In this document: positions 9,027-18,748 of the stretch, one piece after another | Numbering within the stretch: the stretch's first letter is position 1 | Layout of the letters: every line of letters starts with the position of its first letter | Source of the DNA: an uncultured Desulfovibrio sp. | Lineage (GTDB): Bacteria > Desulfobacterota > Desulfovibrionia > Desulfovibrionales > Desulfovibrionaceae | NCBI GenBank assembly: GCA_934546745.1 | Contig: CAKTDV010000009.1 | Location: 16,070-80,069 of the forward strand | DNA: 64,000 nucleotides | Reading direction: 5' to 3' | Program-made: the position numbers and the translations under genes | Notes under the pieces: model-generated | What the model was told of the DNA's origin: nothing | Seen by the model: the letters and a program-made list of their open reading frames with translations, nothing else | Databases searched by the model: none

Positions 9027-10850
9027 CTAATCGTCAGCCTGCCGCGCTTCCTGGCGCAGGGCCTGTGCCCGCTTGAGGAGCTGTTCAAGCTGGATGTCCA
9101 CGCCGAGCACACCCACGATATTGTCCTTTTCGTCCGTGACGGCGCAGGAGACGGTGATAATCAGTTTGCCCGTGAAATGGGACTGGTAGACATCCATGAT
9201 GTGCAGGTCGCCGGTTCGCATGGGCATCCTGAACCATTCGCGCTGCGAAAAGTCGTAGCCTATGGGCAGGGCCTGATACGTTTCCTTGTAGGCGGGATCC
9301 GTGATGGTCGCGCACTTGAGGCTGCCGCTGGTGTCCGTCAGGTAGAGGTACTGGATGAAGGGGTACTCGGCGGCGAAGGAGTCCAGGCGGGCGCAGGCCT
9401 GTTTGCCGAAGTCGCGAAGTTCCTCTCTGGAGGCCAGCTTGACAATGAGATGCGCGGCCAGATCTCCGGCCAGCTGCTTCATCTTGTCGAATTCGGTGGT
9501 AAAGAGTTCGGGCATGAAACGCTGCACCAGCGCCTGCATCTCGTCATGCGACATGTGGGTCGTGCGGCCGTTTTCATACAGTTCCTCGATGGCGTCATAG
9601 ATATGGCCCACGGCCGGATGCTTCTTGGAGACCTGCCGTTCTCCGGACAGACGGAGGTTGTTGTTGATCCAGTAGGCGATGCCCGCACGGCCGGTCTTGT
9701 CCGTGATGATGATGGGAACGGAACGGCCGAGAAGGCGGCGCGTATCGAAGATGTTGTATATTTCCTCGTTCTTTGCCAGTCCGTCGGCATGCACGCCCGC
9801 GCTGGTGGCGTTGAAGTCCCGGCCCACAAAGGGGTAGTTGTGGGGAATGCGGTAATCCAGCTCTTTTTCAAAGAAGTCCGCAACCTCGCTGAGAATGGCC
9901 GTATCCGCCGCTCCGTCGTCGCCGGTCAGGGAAATGTACTCAATGATCAGCGCTTCCAGCGGCGTGTTCCCCGTGCGTTCGCCAAAGCCGAACAGCGTAC
10001 TGTTGACGGCGCCGCAGCCGTAGAGCCATGCCGTGACGCCGTTGACCAGCACCTTGTGGAAATCGTTATGGCCGTGCCATTCCAGCCATTCGCCGGGCAC
10101 GCCGGCCTCGTCGGTAAAGGCGCGCACCACGCGTTGCACGGAACGCGGCAGGGCCGCGCCGGGATAGGGGACGCCATAGCCCATGGTGTCACAGAGGCGG
10201 ATCTTGACGGGCATGCCGCTCTGCTGGGAAAGCTGCATGAGGCGCTGCGCCAGCGGCAGGCAGAAGCCGTAAATATCGGCGCGTGTCACGTCCTCGAAAT
10301 GGCAGCGCGGAATGATGCCCCATTCCAGCGCCTTTTCGGCAAGGCCCACGTACATGTCCAGAGCCTGCTGTCGCGTTTTGCCCAGCTTGAGGAAAATATG
10401 GTAGTCCGACACGCTGGTCAGCATGCCCGTCTCATCAAATTCCATGTCGCGCGCCAGCCGGAGATCCTCCTTGTTGGCGCGAATCCACGCGGTGACACGG
10501 GGGAAGCGGTAGCCCCGCGCGCGGCAGATGTCGACGCACCTGCGATCGCGGGCGGAGTAAAGAAAAAACTCCGAGGCCGAGATCAGACCCGACTTGCCGC
10601 CGAGACGGTGCAGGAAGTCGAACATCCTGGCCACCTGCTTGACGGTGTAGGGCGGGCGGGCCTGCTGGCCGTCGCGAAAGGTCGTATCGGTGATGCGCAT
10701 TTGTTCCGCCGGACGCGGCGCAAGCAGGGTTTCGTCGAACGTGGTCCGGCAAATGCTGGTATACGGAAAAATTTCGCGGTACAGCTGCGGTTCGTCGCAA
10801 TTCTGCAACTGCAGGGGACGGCTGCTGCCCGTATGGTGAAGTACGCTCAT
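9027..10850 (-). CDS. HMGL-like (homocitrate/isopropylmalate-synthase fold) enzyme, probable Re-citrate synthase, with a C-terminal Cache-like sensor domain
   Basis: ITDTTFRDGQQ and HGHNDF motifs. The C-terminal ~150 aa (...YLYLTDTSGSLK...GYDFSQREWF...ITVSCAVTDEKDNIVGVLGVDI) resemble a single Cache fold. The start is set at MSVLHH (ATG 10850); the upstream track extension is implausible. Confidence 0.75.
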   Translation of the reverse strand: MSVLHHTGSSRPLQLQNCDEPQLYREIFPYTSICRTTFDETLLAPRPAEQMRITDTTFRDGQQARPPYTVKQVARMFDFLHRLGGKSGLISASEFFLYSARDRRCVDICRARGYRFPRVTAWIRANKEDLRLARDMEFDETGMLTSVSDYHIFLKLGKTRQQALDMYVGLAEKALEWGIIPRCHFEDVTRADIYGFCLPLAQRLMQLSQQSGMPVKIRLCDTMGYGVPYPGAALPRSVQRVVRAFTDEAGVPGEWLEWHGHNDFHKVLVNGVTAWLYGCGAVNSTLFGFGERTGNTPLEALIIEYISLTGDDGAADTAILSEVADFFEKELDYRIPHNYPFVGRDFNATSAGVHADGLAKNEEIYNIFDTRRLLGRSVPIIITDKTGRAGIAYWINNNLRLSGERQVSKKHPAVGHIYDAIEELYENGRTTHMSHDEMQALVQRFMPELFTTEFDKMKQLAGDLAAHLIVKLASREELRDFGKQACARLDSFAAEYPFIQYLYLTDTSGSLKCATITDPAYKETYQALPIGYDFSQREWFRMPMRTGDLHIMDVYQSHFTGKLIITVSCAVTDEKDNIVGVLGVDIQLEQLLKRAQALRQEARQADD

Positions 10851-11007
10851 GGTGAACCGCCTGTGCGCCCTCAGCGGGCGAAAGAGACATTGTGAAGCGG
10901 ATAATATACGGATATTTGCGCGTAGCGTCAAAGCCCTTCCCCGAAGGGTCTCCCGTCCTCTTGCCAGCGGCGGAAAAATGCCCGATTGTATGCCGCAAGG
11001 AGTGACT

Positions 11008-13116
11008 ATGTCGGCACTGGTGCAGTATCCCTCCGCCGGATGCGTGGTGGAGTATTTGGAAGGCAATGCGGTTCAAATCGCTCTTGTCATGGAAGAAAAC
11101 GGAGGCAAGTTGCGGCTGTTGCTGCCCAACAGGCGGGAAACACGCCTGGCAGGCGCGCGCCTGCTGCCCTGGGCCGGGCCGGTTCTTGAGGGGTCGCCGG
11201 GCAAGGACGCCTGCGTCAGGGCGCTGGAAGCCTGTCGCCGCAAACGTGAGGAAGCGGCCGATGCCGTGCCCGTACTGGATATATGGGAAATGGCGCAGGG
11301 CGAGGTTCCCGAGGCATCGGCTTCCTGGTTCGCTGAGCTGGCCGGTCTTCCGGCGGATGCCGACGGGGTGGCGGCCTGCGGCAGGGCCCTGCTGGCCTGC
11401 AAAAGCCATTTTCGTTTTCAGCCGCCCCTGTTTCAGGTTTTTGACGCGGAGACGGTGGAAAAGCGCCTGAACGAGCAGCGCGAGCGCGAGGAACGCGAGA
11501 ACCTCATTGCGGGCGGCGCGGCGTTTCTGCGTGCGCTGCTGGAGAGCGCCGGAAGACGGGGGGGCCAGACGGCGGGTGATGCCGTTCCGCCTCCCGCGCC
11601 GGAAGTGGCGGCGCGTTTGCGTGGGATTCTCTTCACGCGCATGGCCGACCCCGAGACGCAGGAGGACGAAGCTCTGTGGCGTATGCTCTCCAAGGGATTG
11701 CCCGATGTGCCGCATCTGCCGTACCAGCTGCTGGCGGCCTGGGGAGAGATTCCGCCCCATTACAATTTCTGGCTGGATCGCGCGGGCTATGCGCCCGGCG
11801 ATGTCTGGTGGCATGGGTACCGTGAGGAGGTGGAACGCCTGCTGGCCGAAAGCGCCGCTGTGGAGCTGCCGTCCTGCGATCTGCCCTTTGTCAGCATTGA
11901 CAGCGCCAGCACGCGTGATGTGGACGATGCCTTTTTTGTGGAGGAGCTTCCCGAAGGCGGCTGGCGTCTGACGCTGGCGCTGGCCTGCCCAGCCCTGTGC
12001 TGGCCCTTTGGCGGCGCGTTTGACAAGGCCGTGCTGCGGCGCGGCACAAGTATCTATCTGCCGGAAGGCAACTGCCATATGCTGCCGGAATGTCTGGGCA
12101 CCGATCTGCTTTCGCTTGCGGCCGGGCGGCGTCTTCCGGCGTTGTGCGTGCGCGTGGATATCCGTCCGGACGGCACGTTCGGCGGCTGCGTCCTGAGCCT
12201 TGCCCGCGTCCGTCTGGAGGCGAATCTGACCTATACGGACTGTCAGGAGGTTCTGGACGCCGGGGACGAAAACCGCGCTCCCGACGCGGACAATCCCGCA
12301 ACGCCCTTCGCCGGGCAGCTGCGTCTTGGCAGGGCGCTTGCCCGGGCGCGGCAGAATGCGCGCATTGCGGACGGGGCCGTCGTCATGGAGCGCCCCGATC
12401 CTTCGGTGACGCTGGTGGGCGAGGGCGCGGACGTGCGTGTTTATGTGGCCCAGGACAAACCCTGCCCGGATACGCAGGCCATGATTGCGGAAATGATGAT
12501 TCTTGCCAGCGCTGCCGTGGCCGACTGGGGAGCGGAGCGATCCCTGCCCCTGCTGCACCGGACACAGGATGTGGCCCTGCCCCGCGAATATGCGGGCGTC
12601 TGGTCCGAGCCGCAGGACATGGCGCGCATCATGCGCGCGCTCATTCCCTCAAGCCTTGAGGTGCAGGCGCGTCCGCACGCCGCGTTGGGCCTGGCCCGCT
12701 ACGCGCCCATGACGTCTCCCCTGCGCCGCTATTCCGACCTCGTCAATGAGGCGCAGTTGACGCATATGCTGCTTCACGGCACGCCGCGCTGGACCGCGGA
12801 AGAGCTGCAACCGCTGCTCACCTCCGTCAATGTCGCGCTGGAGGCCGCGGGACAGGTGCAGCGTTTCCGCCCCCGTTACTGGAAGCTGCTCTATTTCCGC
12901 CAGCAGGGGGACAGAGTCTGGTGGGATGGCGTCATTACGGAAGAAAACGATCTTGTTGTCAGCGTGAGCCTTCCGGAAGAAGGGCTTTTTGTGCGCGGGC
13001 GGCGGCGGCTCTTTGACGAACGCGCCTGCCCCGGCATGGCCGTGCGGGTACGCATCGGCAAGGTCAATCCGCTGTATAATGAAATTTCCATCGTGGAAGC
13101 CGTGACGAGTGAATAA
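11008..13116 (+). CDS. RNase II/RNase R-family 3'-5' exoribonuclease (RNB domain)
   Basis: [14 protein letters not shown] and [13 protein letters not shown] are RNB motifs, and there is a C-terminal S1-like tail. The ATG at 11008 is preceded by AAGGAG. Confidence 0.85.
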   Translation: MSALVQYPSAGCVVEYLEGNAVQIALVMEENGGKLRLLLPNRRETRLAGARLLPWAGPVLEGSPGKDACVRALEACRRKREEAADAVPVLDIWEMAQGEVPEASASWFAELAGLPADADGVAACGRALLACKSHFRFQPPLFQVFDAETVEKRLNEQREREERENLIAGGAAFLRALLESAGRRGGQTAGDAVPPPAPEVAARLRGILFTRMADPETQEDEALWRMLSKGLPDVPHLPYQLLAAWGEIPPHYNFWLDRAGYAPGDVWWHGYREEVERLLAESAAVELPSCDLPFVSIDSASTRDVDDAFFVEELPEGGWRLTLALACPALCWPFGGAFDKAVLRRGTSIYLPEGNCHMLPECLGTDLLSLAAGRRLPALCVRVDIRPDGTFGGCVLSLARVRLEANLTYTDCQEVLDAGDENRAPDADNPATPFAGQLRLGRALARARQNARIADGAVVMERPDPSVTLVGEGADVRVYVAQDKPCPDTQAMIAEMMILASAAVADWGAERSLPLLHRTQDVALPREYAGVWSEPQDMARIMRALIPSSLEVQARPHAALGLARYAPMTSPLRRYSDLVNEAQLTHMLLHGTPRWTAEELQPLLTSVNVALEAAGQVQRFRPRYWKLLYFRQQGDRVWWDGVITEENDLVVSVSLPEEGLFVRGRRRLFDERACPGMAVRVRIGKVNPLYNEISIVEAVTSE

Positions 13117-13139
13117 CCGCCATAACGAAGGGGAGACAC

Positions 13140-13736
13140 ATGGGGATCTTATGTCTGTTGCTGGCCTATGTCGCGGGCTCTGTGCCCTGGGGCCTGGTCA
13201 TCGCGCGCGTTTTCTGCGGGATTGATCCGCGGCTGGGCGGCAGTCGCAATACCGGCGCAACCAACGTCGCCCGTCTCTGCGGTTTTGGCTGGGGGGTGCT
13301 GACGCTGCTGTGCGATCTGGGCAAAGGCGCGTTGCCTGTGGCGCTGGCCCTGTGGGCGGATTTGCCGACGGTGTGGGTTTCCCTCACCGGTCTTGCCGCG
13401 GTTCTGGGGCACGTCTTTTCCTGCTTCATGCACTTTCGCGGGGGCAAGGCCGTGGCGACAAGCATCGGCGTTTTCCTGCCCATTGCCTTCTGGCCCCTCC
13501 TTGCGGCCTGTCTCTGCTGCGTGGCGGTCATCTGGCGGAGCGGTTTCGTTTCCGCGGGTTCCCTGACGCTGGTGGGCGTCCTGCCCGTGGCGCTCGTGGC
13601 GGCAGGCATGACGGCGTGGCTCCCCCTTGCCCTGTGCGTCGCCGCCATTGTCGTCTGGAAGCACAGGGAAAACATCGGCCGTCTTCTTGATGGCACGGAA
13701 AAACCCTGGCTCAGAAGCGGGCGGAAGTCCGCATAG
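13140..13736 (+). CDS. plsY: Glycerol-3-phosphate acyltransferase PlsY
   Basis: GSVPWG...[10 protein letters not shown]...DLGKG motifs in a polytopic 198-aa protein. Confidence 0.9.
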   Translation: MGILCLLLAYVAGSVPWGLVIARVFCGIDPRLGGSRNTGATNVARLCGFGWGVLTLLCDLGKGALPVALALWADLPTVWVSLTGLAAVLGHVFSCFMHFRGGKAVATSIGVFLPIAFWPLLAACLCCVAVIWRSGFVSAGSLTLVGVLPVALVAAGMTAWLPLALCVAAIVVWKHRENIGRLLDGTEKPWLRSGRKSA

Positions 13737-13866
13737 GGCCGGGGAAGCGGTTCCGCCCGCGCACAGCGGGAAAAAGAGGGTTTTTCCCTGTGCGTGGGCG
13801 CCTGTGTCCGCTCCTGTCTCCGTCAGAGCGAGGACGGCCAAAAAAAGCACGTAAGATATTATGTAA

Positions 13867-13896
13867 CGGAGGGGGCTTTTTCAAGATCCCCCTCCG
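13867..13896. terminator. Hairpin between convergent plsY and adh
   Basis: CGGAGGGGG-12 nt-CCCCCTCCG, a perfect 9-bp stem. Confidence 0.45.
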
Positions 13897-13949
13897 TCGT
13901 TTGATCCAGAGGCGGAGGCGCCGCCAACGGCTCCGGGAGCGTTACCGGA

Positions 13950-15005
13950 CTACAGCACCACAACGGGCTTGATCATGTCGCGCGGCTTGTCCTTCATCAT
14001 GAGAAGGGCCTTTTCAATATGCTCAAATCCCTGGAAGCGGTGCGTCAGCAGCGGGGCCACATCCAGACGTTTCGTCACCAGCAGGCTGGCCAGTTTTTCC
14101 ATACGCAGCCGGCCGCCGGGCATGAGGCCACCCGCCACGGTCTTGTGGCCCATGCCGCATCCCCATTCCACACGGGGGATTTTGACGAAATCGCCCGAAC
14201 CGAGGTAGTTGACGTTGCCGATGCGGCCTCCCGGTTTGAGTACGCGGATGACCTCGGCGAAGGTATCGACGTCGCCGCCCGCGATAATGGCCTTGTCAAC
14301 GCCCTTGCCGCCGGTCTTTTCCATAACCTGCGTCACGATATCGCCATCGCGGTAGTTGATGATGTCCGTCGCGCCGTAGCGGCGCGCCGTCTCGATGCAG
14401 ACAGGCCGAGACCCTACGGCAAAAATCTCACCCGCGCCCCGTAAGGCGGCTCCGGCCACACCCATAAGGCCCACGGGGCCGATGCCCACCACAAGGACGG
14501 AATCGCCGTACTGTACGTCGGCCAGCTCCGATCCGTGCAGGCCGGTGGGCACCATGTCGCTGAGCATGACGGCCTCGGCGGGGTCAATGCCTTCCGGCAG
14601 GTGCGCCAGATTGCCGTCAGCGTCGTTCACATGAAACACCTCGGCAAAGACGCCGTCCTTGAAGTTGGAAAATTTCCACCCGGCAAGCATGCCCCCGGAG
14701 TGCATGGAAAATCCGGCCTGAGCCTCAAGGGAATTCCAGTCCGGCGTAATGGCGGGGACAATGACCTTGTCGCCGGGTTTGAAATCGCGTACAACCGCGC
14801 CGGTTTCCACGACTTCGCCCACAGCCTCGTGCCCCAGAATCATATCGTGCCGGTCTCCCAGGGCGCCTTCCCAGACGGTGTGGACATCCGAGGTACAAGG
14901 TGAGATGGCAATGGGGCGCACCAGCGCATCCAGAGGCCCGCACTGGGGCTTTTCCTTTTCAATCCAACCAACCTTGTTCAGGGACAACATGGCGAAACCT
15001 TTCAT
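13950..15005 (-). CDS. Zn-dependent NADP alcohol dehydrogenase (TbADH-like, 351 aa)
   Basis: MKGFAML...CTSDVH...GHEAVGEVVE...VVGIGPVGLMG. Start set at MKGF (ATG 15005). Confidence 0.85.
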   Translation of the reverse strand: MKGFAMLSLNKVGWIEKEKPQCGPLDALVRPIAISPCTSDVHTVWEGALGDRHDMILGHEAVGEVVETGAVVRDFKPGDKVIVPAITPDWNSLEAQAGFSMHSGGMLAGWKFSNFKDGVFAEVFHVNDADGNLAHLPEGIDPAEAVMLSDMVPTGLHGSELADVQYGDSVLVVGIGPVGLMGVAGAALRGAGEIFAVGSRPVCIETARRYGATDIINYRDGDIVTQVMEKTGGKGVDKAIIAGGDVDTFAEVIRVLKPGGRIGNVNYLGSGDFVKIPRVEWGCGMGHKTVAGGLMPGGRLRMEKLASLLVTKRLDVAPLLTHRFQGFEHIEKALLMMKDKPRDMIKPVVVL

Positions 15006-15182
15006 GTGAGGCTCCTTGTGGTGTTGTTGCATATGCGTGCGGGGGAGGGGGCTCCCCAACGTGTCGTAAAAAACAGTGCCACAGAATTTTTTTATCGTGT
15101 CCACAACGAAAAGTCAATTTTTCACAAGCGTGTTTCGGGGAGGTGGGCGGGGCGGCGGGAGTGTGCGTCGAAGCAAGGAAGA

Positions 15183-15221
15183 GGGGGAGAATCCTTCCCT
15201 TGCGTGGAAAGATTCTCCCCC
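15183..15221. terminator. Strong hairpin downstream of nrfA
   Basis: GGGGGAGAATC...GATTCTCCCCC inverted repeat, 30 nt after the nrfA stop. The better T-run is on the plus strand, so the orientation is ambiguous. Confidence 0.4.
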
Positions 15222-15252
15222 GTTTTTCGGCGTTTTCAGTTTTTTTACAGGC

Positions 15253-16830
15253 TTACTTGGCGGCGGCGACCTTCTCCTGGCCGTCCCAGACCTTGTCGGC
15301 CTTGGGAAGCACGGGCAGGAGCTTCAGCCACGGGTTGCTTTCCAGAACGGCGGGATCCTGCTGCATCTTGCGGCTGAATTCCAGAATGGGCGGCACGATG
15401 CTCTTGATATCGCCGGCCAGCGCGGGGCTGATGCGGTACTTTGTGGCCTGCTGTGCGAGATCGACGGCCTTCTGGCTGCATTCCGCGGAGGTCATGAGCG
15501 TTGTGAGCGTTTTGGCGGGATTATGGAAGCCGACGCTGTTTTCCGCGGACACGTAATCCCAGAAAAGCTGGCCCTTGCGCACCATTTCGCGGGCTTCGGC
15601 CATGAGTTCCTTGTATTGCGGATGCAGGTTGCCGGGGTTGGCGGCGATATCCGCATTGGCAAGGCGAATGGCCTCGTGGGCCTTGACGGAGATTTCCTGT
15701 GCCTTGAGGAGCTGATCAAAGCTCTTCTTCTGGGTGTAGAGGACGCGATCGCGCAGGTAATCGGCGGTCTTGTCGGCATGGCACTGGCGGCAGGCGCGCA
15801 GTTCGGGATCCTTGAGCGGCGAGGTCATCCAGTGGCTGGAGACCTTTTTGCCGTCCACGCGCTGATAGGGCATGTGGCAGTCGGCGCAGGAGACGCCCGC
15901 CGCGCCGTGCGGACCGTCCTGGAAGGTCTCGAATTCGGGATGCTGCATCTTGATCATGGGCACCTTGGAGGCGGCATGTACCCAGTCCGCGAAGGGGCCG
16001 GGCTTGCCGTCGGCACCCTTGGGGCCGTGTCCCTTGTAATATTGATAGATGTCTTCGGGATCAAAGCCGTTGTCCCACGGGAAGACCGGGCGGCCGGCGG
16101 GGCCGTTGTCCTTGTGGGTGAAATAGTATTCCACATGGCACTGCGCACAGACATAGGTACGCTTCTCATTGCGGCTCAGGGTGTTCCAGTCCTTGCCGCT
16201 GCGCTTGAGCCAGTCCTTGAGAGGCTCGGAGTAGGGGCGCAGCTCCATGGTCCTGGGATCGTGGCAGTTGGCGCAGCCGATGGTCTCGTCCTTGCCGTCG
16301 ATGGCGTCCTTGCCGCGGAAGGTGTTGACGTCCTTGCTCCAGAAGCCGTCGCCGTACTGCTTGACCCAGGTCATCATCTTGGGGGTTTTGCAGTTCCAGC
16401 ACGTGGCGGGAAGGACGCCCTTCTCGCCATAGCGGTTGATGCGGTCGATGTTGACAAAATCCTCTATGGCATAGGTATGGCCGCGCGCCTCATTGTATTC
16501 GTACATGAAGGGGTAGCCCAGCCAGAGGTTCTTGAGATAGGGCTGCGCGTGCTTCCAGCCCTTGGGGAGCGGGTTGACGTTGTCGTTTTTGTGAAAGGGA
16601 ACGGAACCCTTGTACTCCGTCATCGCGCTGCTTTCGTTGTTTTTCATGTAGGAGGCGTATTGCAGCGGGAAGTCTTTGGCGAAGTCGGAAAGGCGCGTGG
16701 CATCTTCCTTGATGGAGGTGGAATAGACGGGGGGCTTGAGTTCCGTGCTGACGTCGTTGCAGCCGCTGACAGCCGCAACGCCCAGCAGTGCCAGCGTTGC
16801 GAACGCGGAGTGGAGAAGCTTGCTATTCAT
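15253..16830 (-). CDS. nrfA: Pentahaem cytochrome c nitrite reductase NrfA
   Basis: CWNCK active-site haem motif plus CANCH, CAQCH, CADCH and CRQCH. A signal/lipobox-like N-terminus (LLGVAAVSGC) follows the ATG at 16830. Confidence 0.95.
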   Translation of the reverse strand: MNSKLLHSAFATLALLGVAAVSGCNDVSTELKPPVYSTSIKEDATRLSDFAKDFPLQYASYMKNNESSAMTEYKGSVPFHKNDNVNPLPKGWKHAQPYLKNLWLGYPFMYEYNEARGHTYAIEDFVNIDRINRYGEKGVLPATCWNCKTPKMMTWVKQYGDGFWSKDVNTFRGKDAIDGKDETIGCANCHDPRTMELRPYSEPLKDWLKRSGKDWNTLSRNEKRTYVCAQCHVEYYFTHKDNGPAGRPVFPWDNGFDPEDIYQYYKGHGPKGADGKPGPFADWVHAASKVPMIKMQHPEFETFQDGPHGAAGVSCADCHMPYQRVDGKKVSSHWMTSPLKDPELRACRQCHADKTADYLRDRVLYTQKKSFDQLLKAQEISVKAHEAIRLANADIAANPGNLHPQYKELMAEAREMVRKGQLFWDYVSAENSVGFHNPAKTLTTLMTSAECSQKAVDLAQQATKYRISPALAGDIKSIVPPILEFSRKMQQDPAVLESNPWLKLLPVLPKADKVWDGQEKVAAAK

Positions 16831-17290
16831 AGGCGACGATCCTCGTGCTGATGGGCTTGTGCCGCATGTGCGCCACATTGCGGTGGCAGTCGACGCAGTA
16901 CGGCTTGACGTTCATGCTGGCCACATCGGTATTGGTGGCGGTGTGGCAGGCAATGCAGTTGGCGTTGACGGCGGCGCGCGTCGTATCGCCGGGACAGGGC
17001 GGCACGTCCTTGCCCTGTACGTTGGCAAGGAAATCCCGTAGTCCTTCCTTTGCCTTGAAGGGCAGTTTTGCCATCAGGTTGTGGGGGGCGTGGCAGTCGT
17101 TGCAGGAAAGGTTGGCGTGCGTCGACAGCTTATGCGTGACGGCCGCCTCCTGCATGATGTGACAGCCGGCGCAGAACGGGCGCGAGTCGCTGACGCGCAT
17201 GCCGTAGGCCAGGGCCGCCACGACCACCACGCCGGCCACAAGGCCGCCCAGAACGAGCTTGAGCCATGGGCCGTTGTGGGGTGCATCCAT
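16823..17290 (-). CDS. nrfH: Tetrahaem NapC/NirT-family quinol dehydrogenase NrfH
   Basis: TM helix plus CAGCH, CNDCH, CIACH and CVDCH. It overlaps nrfA by 8 nt, and AAGGAGG lies upstream. Confidence 0.95.
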   Translation of the reverse strand: MDAPHNGPWLKLVLGGLVAGVVVVAALAYGMRVSDSRPFCAGCHIMQEAAVTHKLSTHANLSCNDCHAPHNLMAKLPFKAKEGLRDFLANVQGKDVPPCPGDTTRAAVNANCIACHTATNTDVASMNVKPYCVDCHRNVAHMRHKPISTRIVAYE

Positions 17291-17382
17291 AAAACAACTC
17301 CTCCTTGTGCTTGTGGCAGGCGTGCAGAACCTCGGGCCGCCCGCACAATCATACTCGGATCAAGCATAGCGGGAAAAGATGC

Positions 17383-17398
17383 TGTGATGCAAGTCACA
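17383..17398. promoter_or_regulatory. CRP/FNR-family (HcpR-like) palindrome TGTGA-N6-TCACA
   Basis: cTGTGAtgcaagTCACAa, with perfect half-sites. The centre is ~100 nt upstream of the nrfH ATG, in the nrfH/napC divergent region. Confidence 0.45.
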
Positions 17399-17481
17399 AA
17401 GGACCTGCGGCGTGCGTTATGGAGAAATTTCCTCCCTTTTGCGCGGGACGTCGCAAGCGGACTGGAATAAAAATGCCGATC

Positions 17482-17497
17482 CGTGATTTGAATCACA
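17482..17497. promoter_or_regulatory. Second CRP/FNR-type palindrome (cGTGAtttgaaTCACa; core TGAT-N4-ATCA)
   Basis: Read directly. The centre is ~127 nt upstream of the napC ATG. Confidence 0.4.
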
Positions 17498-17616
17498 GTT
17501 AAGTTTCAGAAGTCGTGATATGCTGAAAAAAGAAAATTAATGCGGCAAAGAGATGTGCTTTTTTTCACAGCTTTGCCGGCCGGGTTCGCCGCCCGGGGAC
17601 AAACAAGGAGCGGAGG

Positions 17617-18192
17617 ATGAGGCATAGCAAAAAGCTGGTCGTGCTGGCGGCGGGGGCCGTCATCGGCATCACGGCCGTTGCCGCCACGGTGCGTTACATG
17701 TCGGGGACGGAATTTTGCCTTTCCTGCCACGAAATGCGCGTCTACGCGGAAGAAATGAAATTTTCGTCGCACGCCCGGGACGCGGAGGGCAGGCCCATAG
17801 GCTGCGCACAATGCCATATTCCCGGCGGCAATATCGTGCGCATGCTGGCGGCCAAGATGTGGATGGGGTCCAAGGATATCTGGGTTCATGCCGTGGACGG
17901 GGGAACGGCGCTGGATCGCGCCGCCATGCAGCCCCGGGCCCGGAGGTTCATCGACGACGCAAACTGTCTGGCCTGTCATCAGGACCTCGGCAGGAACGCC
18001 AAAGGCGACGGGCCGGTTTCGGCGGAAGGGCGTCTGGCGCACGACAGTTACCTCGGCAAGAACGGTCGTTCCCGCAACGGCTGCGCGGGCTGTCATGCGA
18101 ATCTGGCCCACTTGCCGCCCTTTGACGCCCGTATTCCCAGAAATCACGCATTTGCCGAGAAGCTGAAGGAGGCGGATCTTGCAAAGCCCTAA
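17617..18192 (+). CDS. napC: Tetrahaem NapC/NirT-family quinol dehydrogenase NapC
   Basis: N-terminal TM helix plus CLSCH, CAQCH, CLACH and CAGCH. AAGGAG lies 7 nt upstream. Confidence 0.9.
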   Translation: MRHSKKLVVLAAGAVIGITAVAATVRYMSGTEFCLSCHEMRVYAEEMKFSSHARDAEGRPIGCAQCHIPGGNIVRMLAAKMWMGSKDIWVHAVDGGTALDRAAMQPRARRFIDDANCLACHQDLGRNAKGDGPVSAEGRLAHDSYLGKNGRSRNGCAGCHANLAHLPPFDARIPRNHAFAEKLKEADLAKP

Positions 18193-18652
18193 GAAATGGT
18201 TGATCGCGGGCCTGGCGGGCCTGGCAGTGGTCGGCGGCTATTTCGCCTATATGGCGTGGGCCTTCCCCGACGTGCGGTGCGAGGGAAAGCATCTGACCGC
18301 CCCGGACTCCATGCAGGGAGACTGCTACGGCTGTCATGTCAAGGCGACCCCGCGCGTGGCGCAGGAATGGTACGAAAGCAAGCACGGCGTCATGCTGGTA
18401 CGCTGTCAGACCTGTCACGGCCTGCCGGACGGATCGGGCTCCATTCCGTTCAGCGCCGCGCCGGGCAAGGAAATCTGCGCCCGCTGCCATTCCGCCGCCA
18501 TTGAAAGGATGGAGGCCAAGTTCGGCCGCCGCGACGATTGCAGCACCTGTCACCCGCACCATCAGAGCCCCATGCACGGCGATGCCTACACCTACCGGCA
18601 GCCCAGCGGCATCACCGCCTTTGACGCGCAGGGCAAGCCCGTCATGCGTTAG
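18179..18652 (+). CDS. napM: Small tetrahaem c-type cytochrome NapM
   Basis: Signal/TM segment plus CYGCH, CQTCH, CARCH and CSTCH. TTG start with GAAGGAGG 6 nt upstream, overlapping napC by 14 nt. The position matches the napCMADGH order known from D. desulfuricans. Confidence 0.8.
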   Translation: MQSPKKWLIAGLAGLAVVGGYFAYMAWAFPDVRCEGKHLTAPDSMQGDCYGCHVKATPRVAQEWYESKHGVMLVRCQTCHGLPDGSGSIPFSAAPGKEICARCHSAAIERMEAKFGRRDDCSTCHPHHQSPMHGDAYTYRQPSGITAFDAQGKPVMR

Positions 18653-18748
18653 AGCAATGTCAGTTTGAAACGCTGTGCCGTCGCCTCGCGTTTTATCTTT
18701 TCAAGGATGAAACGCTCCAGGCATCCGGCATCGGGAAAAGGAGAGAGT

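Noticed and set aside
9012-12558. Long ORFs at 9012-10895 (+) and 10435-12558 (-).
   Set aside because: They are antisense to the HMGL-like synthase and the RNase II gene respectively. They are Arg/Gly/Ala/Pro-rich, have no domain motifs and overlap strongly supported genes.
15076-16851. 591-aa plus-strand ORF.
   Set aside because: It is antisense to nrfA, which has five haem-binding motifs in the correct frame.
17314-17327. TGGCAG-N4-GCAG, a sigma-54-like element near nrfH.
   Set aside because: The GG-to-GC spacing is too short for the -24/-12 consensus (TGGCAC-N5-TTGC). The element also points away from nrfH and lies ~300 nt from napC.
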